In this document: one piece after another, positions 20,525 to 29,592 of the stretch
Numbering within the stretch: position 1 is the first letter of the stretch
Layout: each line of letters opens with the position of its first letter
DNA from: Vulcanimicrobiota bacterium
Lineage (GTDB): Bacteria; Vulcanimicrobiota; Vulcanimicrobiia; Vulcanimicrobiales; Vulcanimicrobiaceae
NCBI GenBank assembly: GCA_963812155.1
Contig: CAWETW010000003.1
Coordinates: forward strand, 544,001 to 608,000
Reading direction: 5' to 3'
Length of the DNA stretch: 64,000 nt
The notes under the pieces: generated by a model
What the model was told of the DNA's origin: nothing
The model's input: only the letters and a program-made list of their open reading frames with translations
Databases searched by the model: none
Made by a program: the position numbers and the translations under genes

Positions 20525-21790
20525 TTAGCGCGGAGGTTGCTGGTGATGGTGGTGGCCGCCGCCACCGCCGCCGCCGGGAGGTCCGCCCGCTGCGCCGCCG
20601 CGCTGTTGCGGCGGGGGAGCTTGGCGCGCCTGCGGGTAGTTGGGCGGCGCGTACGGCTGTTGCGAAGGCGGCGCGAAACGGTGGCGACCGTAGCCTGGCT
20701 GCGGTGCGTACTCGCGCGGCCGCGAGTAGTTCCGCGGCGGCGCGTAGTTGCGTGCCGGGAGCTCTGCGCGCGTGGCCGGAACCGGTGCGCCGGCCGGTGC
20801 GAAGACCTGCGCCGGCGCGGCGGCGGGAAGGGCTCGAGAGCCGCGTAACTCGGCCTGCACGCGCGGATGGGCGCCGACCGAGCCGTTATAGAGGAAGACC
20901 GAGCCGTGCTTGCTCACGGCGGTGACCACCGGACCGCCCCCGCGAACCGTTTCCTGGGTGCTGTTGCGGTTGCGCGTCGCGGCGGAGCCGTTGTGAAAAC
21001 TCGACACGACGTGTCCGGTGCCGCTATGCGCGCCGATCTGCGCGCCGCCGCGCACGCCCAACGCGACGTTGCCGTGCTCGGACTCGAAGCGCGCGAGCCC
21101 CGGCTGGAAGCGGCCGTTATCGTAGACGATCGAACCGTATTTGCTGGTCGCTTCGATTTGATGTGACGTGCAGCCGCGGAAAAACATGTTGCCGGTCGCG
21201 GTGCGCGCGCGCAAACGTTCGAACGACGAATCCGACGCCTGAATCGGGCCGCGCAGCGCCTCGGCATATCCGCTTCCCTGCACGTGATTGAAGGCGATGC
21301 CGCCGTCGCGTACCTGCGTGATGAACGCGCCGCGGTAGCCGTTCATGTTGAGCTGGCCGGTGCCGACGCGGGCCGTCACGAGCGCGGTTCCTCGCGGCAC
21401 CGTGATCGTCGTGTTGCCGTCACCGTCGGCGACGACGGCGTCGTGCGACGACCCTTGAAGCTGCGGCAGAACGAACGACTCCTCGGGCAGGCGGGCGTCG
21501 CCGTTGCCGGTCGAGACGCTCTGCGACCACGCCGTGTACTGATGCGGAATTCGCGGATCGGCGACCGAGGCGTTGACGTGCTTCACGTCGAGCCGGCCGC
21601 TGCTCTGGATCTGGACGTCGGGACGGTCCCAGGTGTTGACCGTGAGCGTGCCGCTTTGCAGCTGGACGTCGAGCCACGGATTCGGGCCGACGGCGATCTG
21701 CTGGGCGGCGCTTGCGCGCGCCCCCAGGCCCAACCAGCACGAGCAGCCGACCAGGAGCACCGCCGCCCCTCGCCAGCACCTTTTAAACAC
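20525..21790 (-). CDS. Secreted beta-strand-repeat protein (DUF4097/adhesin-like) with Pro/Gln/Gly/His low-complexity tail
   Basis: Signal peptide; TITVPRGT; repeated xxxGxI strands; GTG at 21790 preferred over ATG at 21826. Confidence 0.65.
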   Translation of the reverse strand: MFKRCWRGAAVLLVGCSCWLGLGARASAAQQIAVGPNPWLDVQLQSGTLTVNTWDRPDVQIQSSGRLDVKHVNASVADPRIPHQYTAWSQSVSTGNGDARLPEESFVLPQLQGSSHDAVVADGDGNTTITVPRGTALVTARVGTGQLNMNGYRGAFITQVRDGGIAFNHVQGSGYAEALRGPIQASDSSFERLRARTATGNMFFRGCTSHQIEATSKYGSIVYDNGRFQPGLARFESEHGNVALGVRGGAQIGAHSGTGHVVSSFHNGSAATRNRNSTQETVRGGGPVVTAVSKHGSVFLYNGSVGAHPRVQAELRGSRALPAAAPAQVFAPAGAPVPATRAELPARNYAPPRNYSRPREYAPQPGYGRHRFAPPSQQPYAPPNYPQARQAPPPQQRGGAAGGPPGGGGGGGHHHHQQPPR

Positions 21791-21842
21791 GATTTCATTG
21801 TAGACGCCGGCCCAGGGCGCCATCATGAAGGGCCGGTGAACC

Positions 21843-23249
21843 CTAGCTATGCCCGAGCTCCAGTCGCGGGAATGTCGCTCGGAAGAGCGCCCCGCCGTCG
21901 GGGGCGCGGCCGGCAGTGACGGTTCCGCCGTGGACGCGAGCGATCGAGCGGACGATCGCCAGCCCGAGGCCGGTGCCCGGGACCGTCCGGGAGCGCGCTT
22001 TATCGGCTCGGTAGAAGCGGTCGAAGACGTGGGGCAGTTCCGATTCGGGGATGCCGGGACCGCTGTCGGCCACCTCGATCCAAGCGTGCGTCCGATCGCC
22101 GCCCACGAGGACCTCGACGCGACCCTGCTCGGTGAACTTCACCGCATTGTCCACCAGATTCGAGACGAGCTGGCGCAGCAGCGCCGGATCGCCGATGACG
22201 GCCGGCATTCCCTCGTGGCGGAATTCCAGCGTCAGGCGTTTGGCCTCGGCGCGCGGCTGGGCGAGTTTGGCGGCCTCGCTCGCGACTTGCGCCAGCGACA
22301 CCGGCTCCTTCGGAATGTCGTCGCCGCGGTCGGCTTTAGCCAGCGTCAACATGCCGTTGACCATTTCGGCGAGCGCGCCGCTCTCGTGTGCGATCGTTTC
22401 GAGGCTTTCACTCCGGATTTCCGGGTCGCGATCGGCCCAGCGCATCAGCATCTGCGCGTTGGAGTTGATCGACGTCAGCGGCGTTTTCAGTTCGTGCGAC
22501 GCATCCGAGATGAATTGCCGCTCGCGCGCGAACGCTTCGGCGAGACGCTGCAGCAGATCGTCGAAACTCGCCGCCAAATTTCCGATCTCGTCGTTGCGGC
22601 GTTCCCAATGCAATCGGCGGTTGAGACGGTCGGATCCGATTTCGCGCATCGCTCCGGCGAGCCGGTTGATCGGCGTCGTGACTTGAGCCGCCAGGACGAT
22701 CGACAAGAGAATGACCGCGCCCGCCGCCGCCGCAAGAATGACGAATATCGCGTCGCGCGCCTGCCCGAACGTGCGGTTGAGCGCATCGAGCGGTTCGGCG
22801 ACGTGCACGATCGCGGTCGCGCCGCCCTGCTTGAGGTAGCGATCTTCGACGAGGAACGGCCGGCCGTCGATCGAGACGTCGCGGTATTCCACGTCGTGCT
22901 TCGACGAGAGTCCGGTGTTCGGCGGAATCGAAGAGCTGCCGAGATTGGCCGTCTTCGCCAGCGGATAACCGGCGGTCGAATCGACCTGCACGTAACTCGT
23001 CGACGAGTTCCAATTCGTAAGATTGCTGCTGCTGAAGAGATACTGCAGGCTGCCCGACGCGCTCCCGAGCGAAAATGGATTGCTCTGCTGGGCGGCCTGC
23101 ACGATCGAACGCATCGTCGCGGCGACGCTCGCCTTCGACTGTTCGTACAGAATGGCCTGAAACCGCCAAACGATGATGCCGCAGGTCACGGCGAGCACGA
23201 GAATCAGCAGCGACGCGTACCAGAGCGCGATGCGCCACTTCAGCGACAC
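21843..23249 (-). CDS. HAMP-domain sensor histidine kinase
   Basis: Two TMs, HAMP, FISDASHELKTPLT, NLVDNAVKF, DSGPGI, GTGLGLAI. Confidence 0.95.
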   Translation of the reverse strand: MSLKWRIALWYASLLILVLAVTCGIIVWRFQAILYEQSKASVAATMRSIVQAAQQSNPFSLGSASGSLQYLFSSSNLTNWNSSTSYVQVDSTAGYPLAKTANLGSSSIPPNTGLSSKHDVEYRDVSIDGRPFLVEDRYLKQGGATAIVHVAEPLDALNRTFGQARDAIFVILAAAAGAVILLSIVLAAQVTTPINRLAGAMREIGSDRLNRRLHWERRNDEIGNLAASFDDLLQRLAEAFARERQFISDASHELKTPLTSINSNAQMLMRWADRDPEIRSESLETIAHESGALAEMVNGMLTLAKADRGDDIPKEPVSLAQVASEAAKLAQPRAEAKRLTLEFRHEGMPAVIGDPALLRQLVSNLVDNAVKFTEQGRVEVLVGGDRTHAWIEVADSGPGIPESELPHVFDRFYRADKARSRTVPGTGLGLAIVRSIARVHGGTVTAGRAPDGGALFRATFPRLELGHS

Positions 23250-23268
23250 GAGGTTCCTTCGATCTCAA

Positions 23269-23961
23269 TCAGTCTTTGATCGTGTACCCGACGCCGCGCA
23301 CGGTCGTGATCAGCTTGTCGTCGAATCCGTCGTCGATTTTGCCGCGCAGGTAGCGGACGTAGACGTCGATGAGGTTCGAATCGCCGAGAAAGTCGCTGCC
23401 CCAGACGCCGTTGAAGAGTTCGTCGCGCGTATGCACTTTGTTACGGTGCAGCAGCAGATATTCCAGCAGCGCGTACTCCTTGGCGGTCAGGGCGATCGGC
23501 TTGCCGGCGCGATGCACTTCGTGGCGGTCGCGGTCCATTACGACGTCGCGGTACTCGATGACGTTCGATTGCGGCGAGCGCTCGCGCAGCCGGGCGCGGA
23601 CGCGCGCCAGCAGTTCCGGCGTGGAAAACGGTTTGGTGATGTAGTCGTCGGCACCGAGATCCAAACCCGCGACGCGGTCGGGCACGCGGTCTTTCGCGGT
23701 GAGCATGATAATCGGAACGTTGCTCTTGGCGCGAATGCGCCGGCAGACTTCGAGCCCGTCCATGCGCGGAATCATCAGATCGAGGATGACGAGATCGGGT
23801 TCTTTGAGCGCCTTCTCGAGTCCCGAGAGACCGTCGCGCGCGACGTCGACCTCGTAACGCTCGTGCTCGAGTTCCAGCTGCAGAACGCGGCTGATGGCGG
23901 CGTCGTCCTCGACGACGAGAATTCTATAGGGTTCCTGCGGTTGCGCCGAGCTTTTCTCCAT
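23269..23961 (-). CDS. OmpR family response regulator
   Basis: ILVVEDD, DLMIPRMDG, GADDYITKPF, TVRGVGY. Confidence 0.95.
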   Translation of the reverse strand: MEKSSAQPQEPYRILVVEDDAAISRVLQLELEHERYEVDVARDGLSGLEKALKEPDLVILDLMIPRMDGLEVCRRIRAKSNVPIIMLTAKDRVPDRVAGLDLGADDYITKPFSTPELLARVRARLRERSPQSNVIEYRDVVMDRDRHEVHRAGKPIALTAKEYALLEYLLLHRNKVHTRDELFNGVWGSDFLGDSNLIDVYVRYLRGKIDDGFDDKLITTVRGVGYTIKD

Positions 23962-23970
23962 AGGAACGGT

Positions 23971-24354
23971 TTATCGGCCGTCCTCCCGCTCGAACCTCCG
24001 CGTCGCGGGCCGCAAGGATTGCGATCCGGTGAAAAATGAGAGCCAGAAGGCCGCCATTGCACCGGTCGCCAGCCAGGCGTCGACGGTAACGTTCGAGAGC
24101 GCCGACTCGATCGAGGTCACGATGGTGGCGAGCGTCTGCAGGAAGAGACCGCCGCCGCCCATTCCGATGAGCACGACCAGCCAGAGCGTCACCGCCACCA
24201 CGGCGCCGAGTCCGGCGGCTTCCCACGCCGAGAAGGCAGGTGCCGGGCGGTAGGCGGTTGAGGCGAGGATCGAAGCACGCAAATCCGACGGCGGCTCCTC
24301 CAACGGGAGCGCGAAAAGTGCGCGGTCGAGCGCGTCGTCGCTGTCGTACATCAT
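23971..24354 (-). CDS. Putative membrane anti-sigma factor
   Basis: LDRALFALPLEEPPSDLRASIL plus two TM helices; ATGA overlap with the sigma gene stop. Confidence 0.65.
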   Translation of the reverse strand: MMYDSDDALDRALFALPLEEPPSDLRASILASTAYRPAPAFSAWEAAGLGAVVAVTLWLVVLIGMGGGGLFLQTLATIVTSIESALSNVTVDAWLATGAMAAFWLSFFTGSQSLRPATRRFEREDGR

Positions 24355-24903
24355 GATTCCGTTACCTCCGCTCCGCCAAGAAGCCTGCGCAGCTGCTCCT
24401 TCGCGCGAAACAAATGTGTTTTGACCGTACCCATCGGCAGATTGAGAACCTTGGCGATCTCTTCGTACTGCTTTCCCTGTAAATGATAAAGGGTCACGAC
24501 GGTGCGGTATTTTTCGGGCAGTGTCTCGATCGCGTCGCGCAGCCGCTGGGCTTCGTCGAGGGCGATCGTTTGCTGTTCCGGACCCGGCCCTGCATCGGCC
24601 CGGTCGGGAAGTTCCTCATTGCTATAACGTTTGCGCCGGCTCAGACGGTCGCAGCACGCGTGATAGGCGATGGCAAATATCCAGGTGCTGAACTTTGCGC
24701 CTATTTTAAAGGTTCGCAGGCTCCGGAACGCCTTGAAGAACGCTTCCTGCGTGACGTCGCGCGCGTCCTCGACGTCGTGAAGCGTGCGATACGCCAGAGT
24801 GGTAGACCGCGCGGTCGTACCGCTCCACGAGCGAGGCGAATGCCTCCGGGTGTCCCCGGAGCGTCATCGCCACCAATTGACCGTCCTCCGGACCGGCCGT
24901 CAT
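24351..24903 (-). CDS. ECF sigma-70 factor (SigW-like); frameshift ~24799
   Basis: EAFASLVERY in the first frame; DVTQEAFFKAFR..KFSTWIFAIAY..YEEIAKVLNLPMGTVKTHLFRAK read by hand in the second frame. Confidence 0.9.
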
Positions 24904-24947
24904 GCGGCCGGCAAGGGGGGGCTGCGCCAGCGCCACCACGCTCGTCG

Positions 24948-24974
24948 TACGCGTGGGCGCCTGAGGATGTTTCG
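24948..24974 (-). promoter_or_regulatory. ECF promoter for the sigma operon, CGAAAC-N17-CGTA
   Basis: Close to the B. subtilis SigW consensus TGAAAC-N16-CGTA. Confidence 0.65.
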
Positions 24975-24996
24975 CTCGCAGCGCCCGCAGCGGGCT

Positions 24997-25023
24997 CGAA
25001 ACATGTCGGCCGCCCGAGCGTAA
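24997..25023 (+). promoter_or_regulatory. ECF promoter for the sORF-DUF4097-DUF6249 operon, CGAAAC-N16-CGTAA
   Basis: Matches the SigW-type consensus and spacing. Confidence 0.7.
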
Positions 25024-25059
25024 CTAGGGCAGAAACCCAACAGGAGGCTCGACCCGATC

Positions 25060-25179
25060 ATGGTGATCATTCCGAAGCGCACGCTCTCCGACCCGGCCCT
25101 GCCGACCGTGCAGGCCCAGGAACGGAACTCCGCCCAGTCCCTGCGACCCACCTTCACCGGCTGGGGACCGCGCATCTAA
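25060..25179 (+). CDS. 39-aa small protein MVIIPKRTLSDPALPTVQAQERNSAQSLRPTFTGWGPRI
   Basis: AGGAGG upstream; TAATG stop/start overlap with the next gene; not in the ORF track. Confidence 0.55.
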   Translation: MVIIPKRTLSDPALPTVQAQERNSAQSLRPTFTGWGPRI

Positions 25180-26096
25180 TGTCTCGCTCCTCGCTCGTCG
25201 CGATGCTGATCGCAGTCGAAATCGCAATCGTGGGCATCGCGCTCTTTACCGTCCGCGACATGGCGCACGTCCACGCCGCCGGCTTCGCCGCGAAGACGTT
25301 CGCACCGCTCGACGCCGGATCCGCGCCGGTCGTCGCCATCGACGATCGCGACTCGCGCGTCGACGTGGCAGCGTCGACTGACGGACTCGTTCACGTCAAA
25401 GATCTCACCGACTTGCACGGTGCGTTCTTCGGATCGCACTCGTCGGTCGCGCAACTCGACGTGAAGCGCACCGCCGGCGGCATCTCCATCTCGCGGCCGG
25501 ATTCCGGCCACACCTCCTACTTCGACTTCTGGAACTCCGAACGCCGGATTGAAGTCGACGTTCCCAGCGGTGCGCGGCTCGAAATCGCGCGCTGCTCCGG
25601 CGCGCGCATTGCCGGCGTCGAAGGCGGCGTCACGGTGGCTTCGCAGGATGGGCGCATCACGCTCACCGATTTGCGCGGCACCATTCAAGCGAAGTCCGAC
25701 GACGGCTCGATCACGGCGACGCGCGTACGCGGCGACAACCTCGTTTTGCAGTCGTCCGACGGCCGCTTGCGGCTCGAAGACGTCAGCGCCTCGTCGCTCG
25801 ACGCGCAGACGCGCGACGGCAGCATCGAAGCGCACGGCCTCGCGATCGCGGGCGGCGCGCAACACGCCGTCCTGCACACCGCCGACGGTTCGATTCGCGT
25901 CGCGTTGGCGACGGGCGCCGATCTCACGGTCGATGCGTCGACCGGCGACGGCCATATTGACGTCGACGGCAACGCCGCCGGCAACGGCGACTCCGATTCC
26001 GCGAAACGCACGGTTCGCGTCGGAAACGGTTCGGGAAGCCTTCAACTATCGAGCGGAGACGGCTCGATTCATCTCACAACCAATGGAGCGGTGTAA
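25179..26096 (+). CDS. DUF4097 family beta-strand repeat protein with N-terminal TM
   Basis: Repeated S/TxDGxI units (SQDGRI, SDDGSI, SSDGRL, TRDGSI, TADGSI, TGDGHI, SGDGSI). Confidence 0.85.
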   Translation: MSRSSLVAMLIAVEIAIVGIALFTVRDMAHVHAAGFAAKTFAPLDAGSAPVVAIDDRDSRVDVAASTDGLVHVKDLTDLHGAFFGSHSSVAQLDVKRTAGGISISRPDSGHTSYFDFWNSERRIEVDVPSGARLEIARCSGARIAGVEGGVTVASQDGRITLTDLRGTIQAKSDDGSITATRVRGDNLVLQSSDGRLRLEDVSASSLDAQTRDGSIEAHGLAIAGGAQHAVLHTADGSIRVALATGADLTVDASTGDGHIDVDGNAAGNGDSDSAKRTVRVGNGSGSLQLSSGDGSIHLTTNGAV

Positions 26097-26101
26097 CCGT
26101 C

Positions 26102-26722
26102 ATGCCTGAAACTGTCGTACCAGTAATGTTCTTTCTCATCGTCGTCGGATTGCCGATTACGGCCGGCATCATCTCTCGCGTGCTCGCGCATCAAGAGCGC
26201 ATGGAGATGCTCCGACACGGTATCGTCCCGCCGCCGGATCCGCGGGCGATGCGCAACGCGATGAAGTACGGCACGAAGCCGGGATGGACGCCGGGATCGG
26301 CGACCGTTCCGCCGCCGGGATGGACGCCGCATGCGTCGTACGACCCCGCCTACCACGCGCAATGCCAACTGCGGCGCGGCATTCAAGTCGCCTGCATCGG
26401 ATTCGCGCTGCTGATCGGTCTGTCGTTTATCGGGCTCCACGACGGGCGCTACGTCTACGGACCGTGGCTGTTGGGCGGACTCATCCCGATGTTCGTGGGC
26501 ATCGCCCAGATCATCAGCGCGGTGCTGAGCGGCGCGCAGTTCGGCCCGGGCGCCGCGGCGATGAACGGCGGCCGGTTCGGGCCGGCCGATCAAAGCGCGG
26601 CCTCCCCGCCGCCCTCAGCGGCCGGGCCGATGCCTCCCACCGCCGGGTCGTACGGCGGTTGGCGTCCCGGCTCGATCCCAGAGATCGAGAAGCCCGCAGG
26701 GCCTCCGGATCGCACCAGCTAG
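26102..26722 (+). CDS. DUF6249-like membrane protein
   Basis: TM-HQERMEMLRHGIVPP...LRRGI..IGFALLIGL..GLIPMFVGIA. Confidence 0.7.
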   Translation: MPETVVPVMFFLIVVGLPITAGIISRVLAHQERMEMLRHGIVPPPDPRAMRNAMKYGTKPGWTPGSATVPPPGWTPHASYDPAYHAQCQLRRGIQVACIGFALLIGLSFIGLHDGRYVYGPWLLGGLIPMFVGIAQIISAVLSGAQFGPGAAAMNGGRFGPADQSAASPPPSAAGPMPPTAGSYGGWRPGSIPEIEKPAGPPDRTS

Positions 26723-26744
26723 CAGTGTCACAAATCAGGCAGAT

Positions 26745-26778
26745 AAAAAAAGCCGCCGGCAAAAGCCGGCGGCTTTTT
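26745..26778. terminator. Bidirectional intrinsic terminator
   Basis: A7-GCCGCCGGC-AAAA-GCCGGCGGC-T5 between convergent genes. Confidence 0.9.
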
Positions 26779-26806
26779 CGATTTGCGGGAAAAAGAATGA
26801 AGACGG

Positions 26807-26947
26807 TTATTTACAAGAGACCAGCGCCATCGCCCACCCTGCTGCGGTGCGCGTTCTGACGAGATAGCCGTCCGCAGTCCGGTCGTAAACCTGATAACCG
26901 GCACGCAGCGCGTCGGCCAACGATTTGAACACGATAAGACCTGCCAT
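26807..26947 (-). CDS. 46-aa small protein MAGLIVFKSLADALRAGYQVYDRTADGYLVRTRTAAGWAMALVSCK
   Basis: Purine-rich SD (GGAAAGGGGG), AT-rich upstream region with TATACT, terminator downstream. Confidence 0.7.
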   Translation of the reverse strand: MAGLIVFKSLADALRAGYQVYDRTADGYLVRTRTAAGWAMALVSCK

Positions 26948-27064
26948 CTGCGGACCCCCCTTTCCTCTACTTACTGCTCTATACAGTATAACGGCCTTCG
27001 TCGCAAGGCGGTTCGGGGTTTTTCGGAAAGTTTTTTTAAAATTGGGCGAAAATGCGCCAGCGAT

Positions 27065-27892
27065 ATGCCTGCCACGCACGGCGACGTTCGCGTTCACGAA
27101 ACGCGCGTCGCGGATCGCCGCGAGCTTGCGCCCGGCGTGATTCTGCTCGGCTTGCGGGCACCGGATCTCGTGCGGACGGCGCGTCCGGGCCAATACGTCA
27201 TGGCAATACCGCCGAGCGGCGCAGCCGCAGCGGTTGCATTGGGGATTTACGAAGCGCACGGCGACCGCGCGAGCCTGTTATTCTTTCTAACGGGCAAGCG
27301 AACGCACGAACTCGCAGAGCTTCGTCCCGGCGAGTCGCTCGCGCTCAGCGGCCCGCTCGGAAACGGCTTCGATCTATCGGCCAATCCATCGCATGCAGCG
27401 ATCGTTGCAGGCGGAGTCGGCATCGCATCGGTGCTGCTCGCGGCCGAGACCCTGGTGCGCGGTGGAACGCGCGTCGAGTTGCTCTACGGGGCGCGCACCG
27501 CCGAACTGCTGGTCGAGGCGCCGCGTTTCGCGAAGGCCGGATGCTCGCTCGCGCTTGCGACCGACGACGGCAGCGCGGGACATCGCGGATACGTGACGGA
27601 GCTCCTCGAGCGCCGCGAGGAGATGCCGGAGATGATTTTGGCCTGCGGTCCCTCGCCGATGCTGCGCGCGGTGGGACGAATCGCGCGCGAGCGCAACGTG
27701 CGCGCGCAACTCTCGCTGGAGGAAACGTTTGCGTGCGGCGTCGGCGGGTGCTGGGGCTGCGTGGTTCCGGTTACGCGCGACTCGCAGCAGGCACCCGGAT
27801 TTCCGCCCGCGGACGAAGGCGGCAGCGACGTCGTTTACGCGCGAATTTGCAAAGAGGGCCCGGTCTTCTTCAGCGACGAGCTGCGGTGGTGA
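27065..27892 (+). CDS. pyrK: Dihydroorotate dehydrogenase electron transfer subunit
   Basis: GPLGNGF, AGGVGIA, ACGP, CGVGGCWGC..RICKEGPVF. Confidence 0.9.
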   Translation: MPATHGDVRVHETRVADRRELAPGVILLGLRAPDLVRTARPGQYVMAIPPSGAAAAVALGIYEAHGDRASLLFFLTGKRTHELAELRPGESLALSGPLGNGFDLSANPSHAAIVAGGVGIASVLLAAETLVRGGTRVELLYGARTAELLVEAPRFAKAGCSLALATDDGSAGHRGYVTELLERREEMPEMILACGPSPMLRAVGRIARERNVRAQLSLEETFACGVGGCWGCVVPVTRDSQQAPGFPPADEGGSDVVYARICKEGPVFFSDELRW

Positions 27893-27896
27893 CGCG

Positions 27897-28856
27897 GTGA
27901 CGGAGGGGCCGAATCTCGGAGTTACGCTCGGAAAACTGCGGCTTGCGTACCCGACGCTCATGGGCAGCGGATGTTACGGATCCGGGGAAGAGTTCGCAGC
28001 CTTCGCCGACCTCACGAAAATCGGCGGCGTGGTGCTCAAGAGCGTCACGCGTCTGCCGCGACTGGGTAATCCGACGCCCCGCCTCGTTCACACCCCTTCG
28101 GGAATGCTCAACGCGATCGGCCTGCAGAATCCGGGCATCGAGTGGTACGTGCGGCGCGAGATGGAGAAACTCTCCGGACGCGCGTACCCGTTGGTCGGCA
28201 GCGTCGCCGGCTTTTCGATCGACGACTACGCCTACGTCTGCGAACGCCTGGCGGCGTGCGAACCGATTGCCGCAATCGAATTGAATATTTCCTGTCCGAA
28301 CGTCGCCAGCGAAGGCGAGACGTTCGCGTGCGATCCGGCCCTGACCGCTCGCGTCGTGCGCGCGGCGCGCGAAACGACCGACAAAACGCTGATCGTCAAG
28401 CTTTCGCCGAACGTCACCGACATCGCCGCGGTCGCCCGCGAAGCGCAGGACGCCGGCGCCGACGCGCTGGCCGTCGTCAACACGGTGCGCGGCATGAGCG
28501 TAGACGTCGAGACGTGGCGTCCGCGGCTGGGCAACGTGACCGGCGGACTCTCGGGGCCGGCGATTCGCCCGATCGCGGTGCTGGCGGTCTACGAAGTCGC
28601 ACGGGCCGTCTCGATTCCGATCGTCGGTCAAGGCGGTATCGAAACCGTCACCGATGCACTCGAGTTCTTTTTGGCGGGTGCGACGGCGATCGGCATCGGG
28701 ACGGCAAACTTCACCGATCCGCGCGCCCCCGAGCGAATCGTCGAAGGCCTTATCGAGTATCTGCAGCGGCGTAACCTGCGCGGCATCGACGACATCGTCG
28801 GACAGGCCAACCTCGGCTTTGCCAGCGCGCACGAATATGAAGGAGATGAAGGTTAG
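27897..28856 (+). CDS. pyrD: Dihydroorotate dehydrogenase 1B catalytic subunit
   Basis: GMLNAIGLQNPG, ELNISCPNV, VKLSPNVTD, GGLSGPAIRP. Confidence 0.95.
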   Translation: MTEGPNLGVTLGKLRLAYPTLMGSGCYGSGEEFAAFADLTKIGGVVLKSVTRLPRLGNPTPRLVHTPSGMLNAIGLQNPGIEWYVRREMEKLSGRAYPLVGSVAGFSIDDYAYVCERLAACEPIAAIELNISCPNVASEGETFACDPALTARVVRAARETTDKTLIVKLSPNVTDIAAVAREAQDAGADALAVVNTVRGMSVDVETWRPRLGNVTGGLSGPAIRPIAVLAVYEVARAVSIPIVGQGGIETVTDALEFFLAGATAIGIGTANFTDPRAPERIVEGLIEYLQRRNLRGIDDIVGQANLGFASAHEYEGDEG

Positions 28857-28872
28857 TGGAAGGGGAGACCCG

Positions 28873-29592
28873 GTGGCAGCGCAACTGATCGTCGCGCTCG
28901 ACGTACCCGAAGCCGGTGAGGCGGAACGGCTGATCGACGCGCTTTACGAAACCGATGCGATCTTCAAAATCGGCATCGAAGCGCTCTACGGCTACGCCGA
29001 ACGGATCTTCGCGTACTGCGAAGCGCGCGACGTGCGCACGTTCGTCGATGCAAAACTTCACGACATTCCCCGCACGGTGGGCGCTGCGGTGCGCCAACTC
29101 GTGCGCCCCAACGCCCACATCGTCAACGTGCACGCCCTCGGAGGCCTTGAAATGATGCGGACGGCGGTCGACGCGGCGAGCGAGCGCGCGTTCGAGCTCG
29201 GCATCGCGGCGCCGCAGATCTTTGCGGTGACCATCCTCACCAGCATCGCTCCCGAAGATCTCAACGAACTCGGCCTTCAGGGCGGGCCGGGCGAGAACGC
29301 GATTCGTCTGGCTGCGTTGGCGCGCGACGCGGGCTGTGCCGGCGTCGTGTGCAGCGCGCGCGAAGCCGGCGATCTCAAGCGTTTCTTCGGCGACGATTTC
29401 CTTACGCTCACGCCGGGCATTCGTCCGGCGGGTGCGGCGCACGGCGATCAGAAGCGCGTGGTCACGCCGTCGGAGGCGGTCGCCGCCGGCGCCGATTACA
29501 TCGTCGTCGGGCGGCCGATTACCGAGGCCGGCGATCCGCTCGCGGCCGCGCGCGCCATTCTCGCCGAAATGCGCGAGGCGCCGGCGCGGTGA
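28873..29592 (+). CDS. pyrF: Orotidine-5'-phosphate decarboxylase
   Basis: LIVALD, DAKLHDIPRTV, TPGIRP..DQKR, IVVGRPI. Confidence 0.95.
   Translation: MAAQLIVALDVPEAGEAERLIDALYETDAIFKIGIEALYGYAERIFAYCEARDVRTFVDAKLHDIPRTVGAAVRQLVRPNAHIVNVHALGGLEMMRTAVDAASERAFELGIAAPQIFAVTILTSIAPEDLNELGLQGGPGENAIRLAALARDAGCAGVVCSAREAGDLKRFFGDDFLTLTPGIRPAGAAHGDQKRVVTPSEAVAAGADYIVVGRPITEAGDPLAAARAILAEMREAPAR

Noticed and set aside
26972..26988. TACTG..CAGTA as an E. coli-type LexA box
   Set aside because: The spacer is 7 nt rather than 10; kept only as an unassigned inverted repeat.
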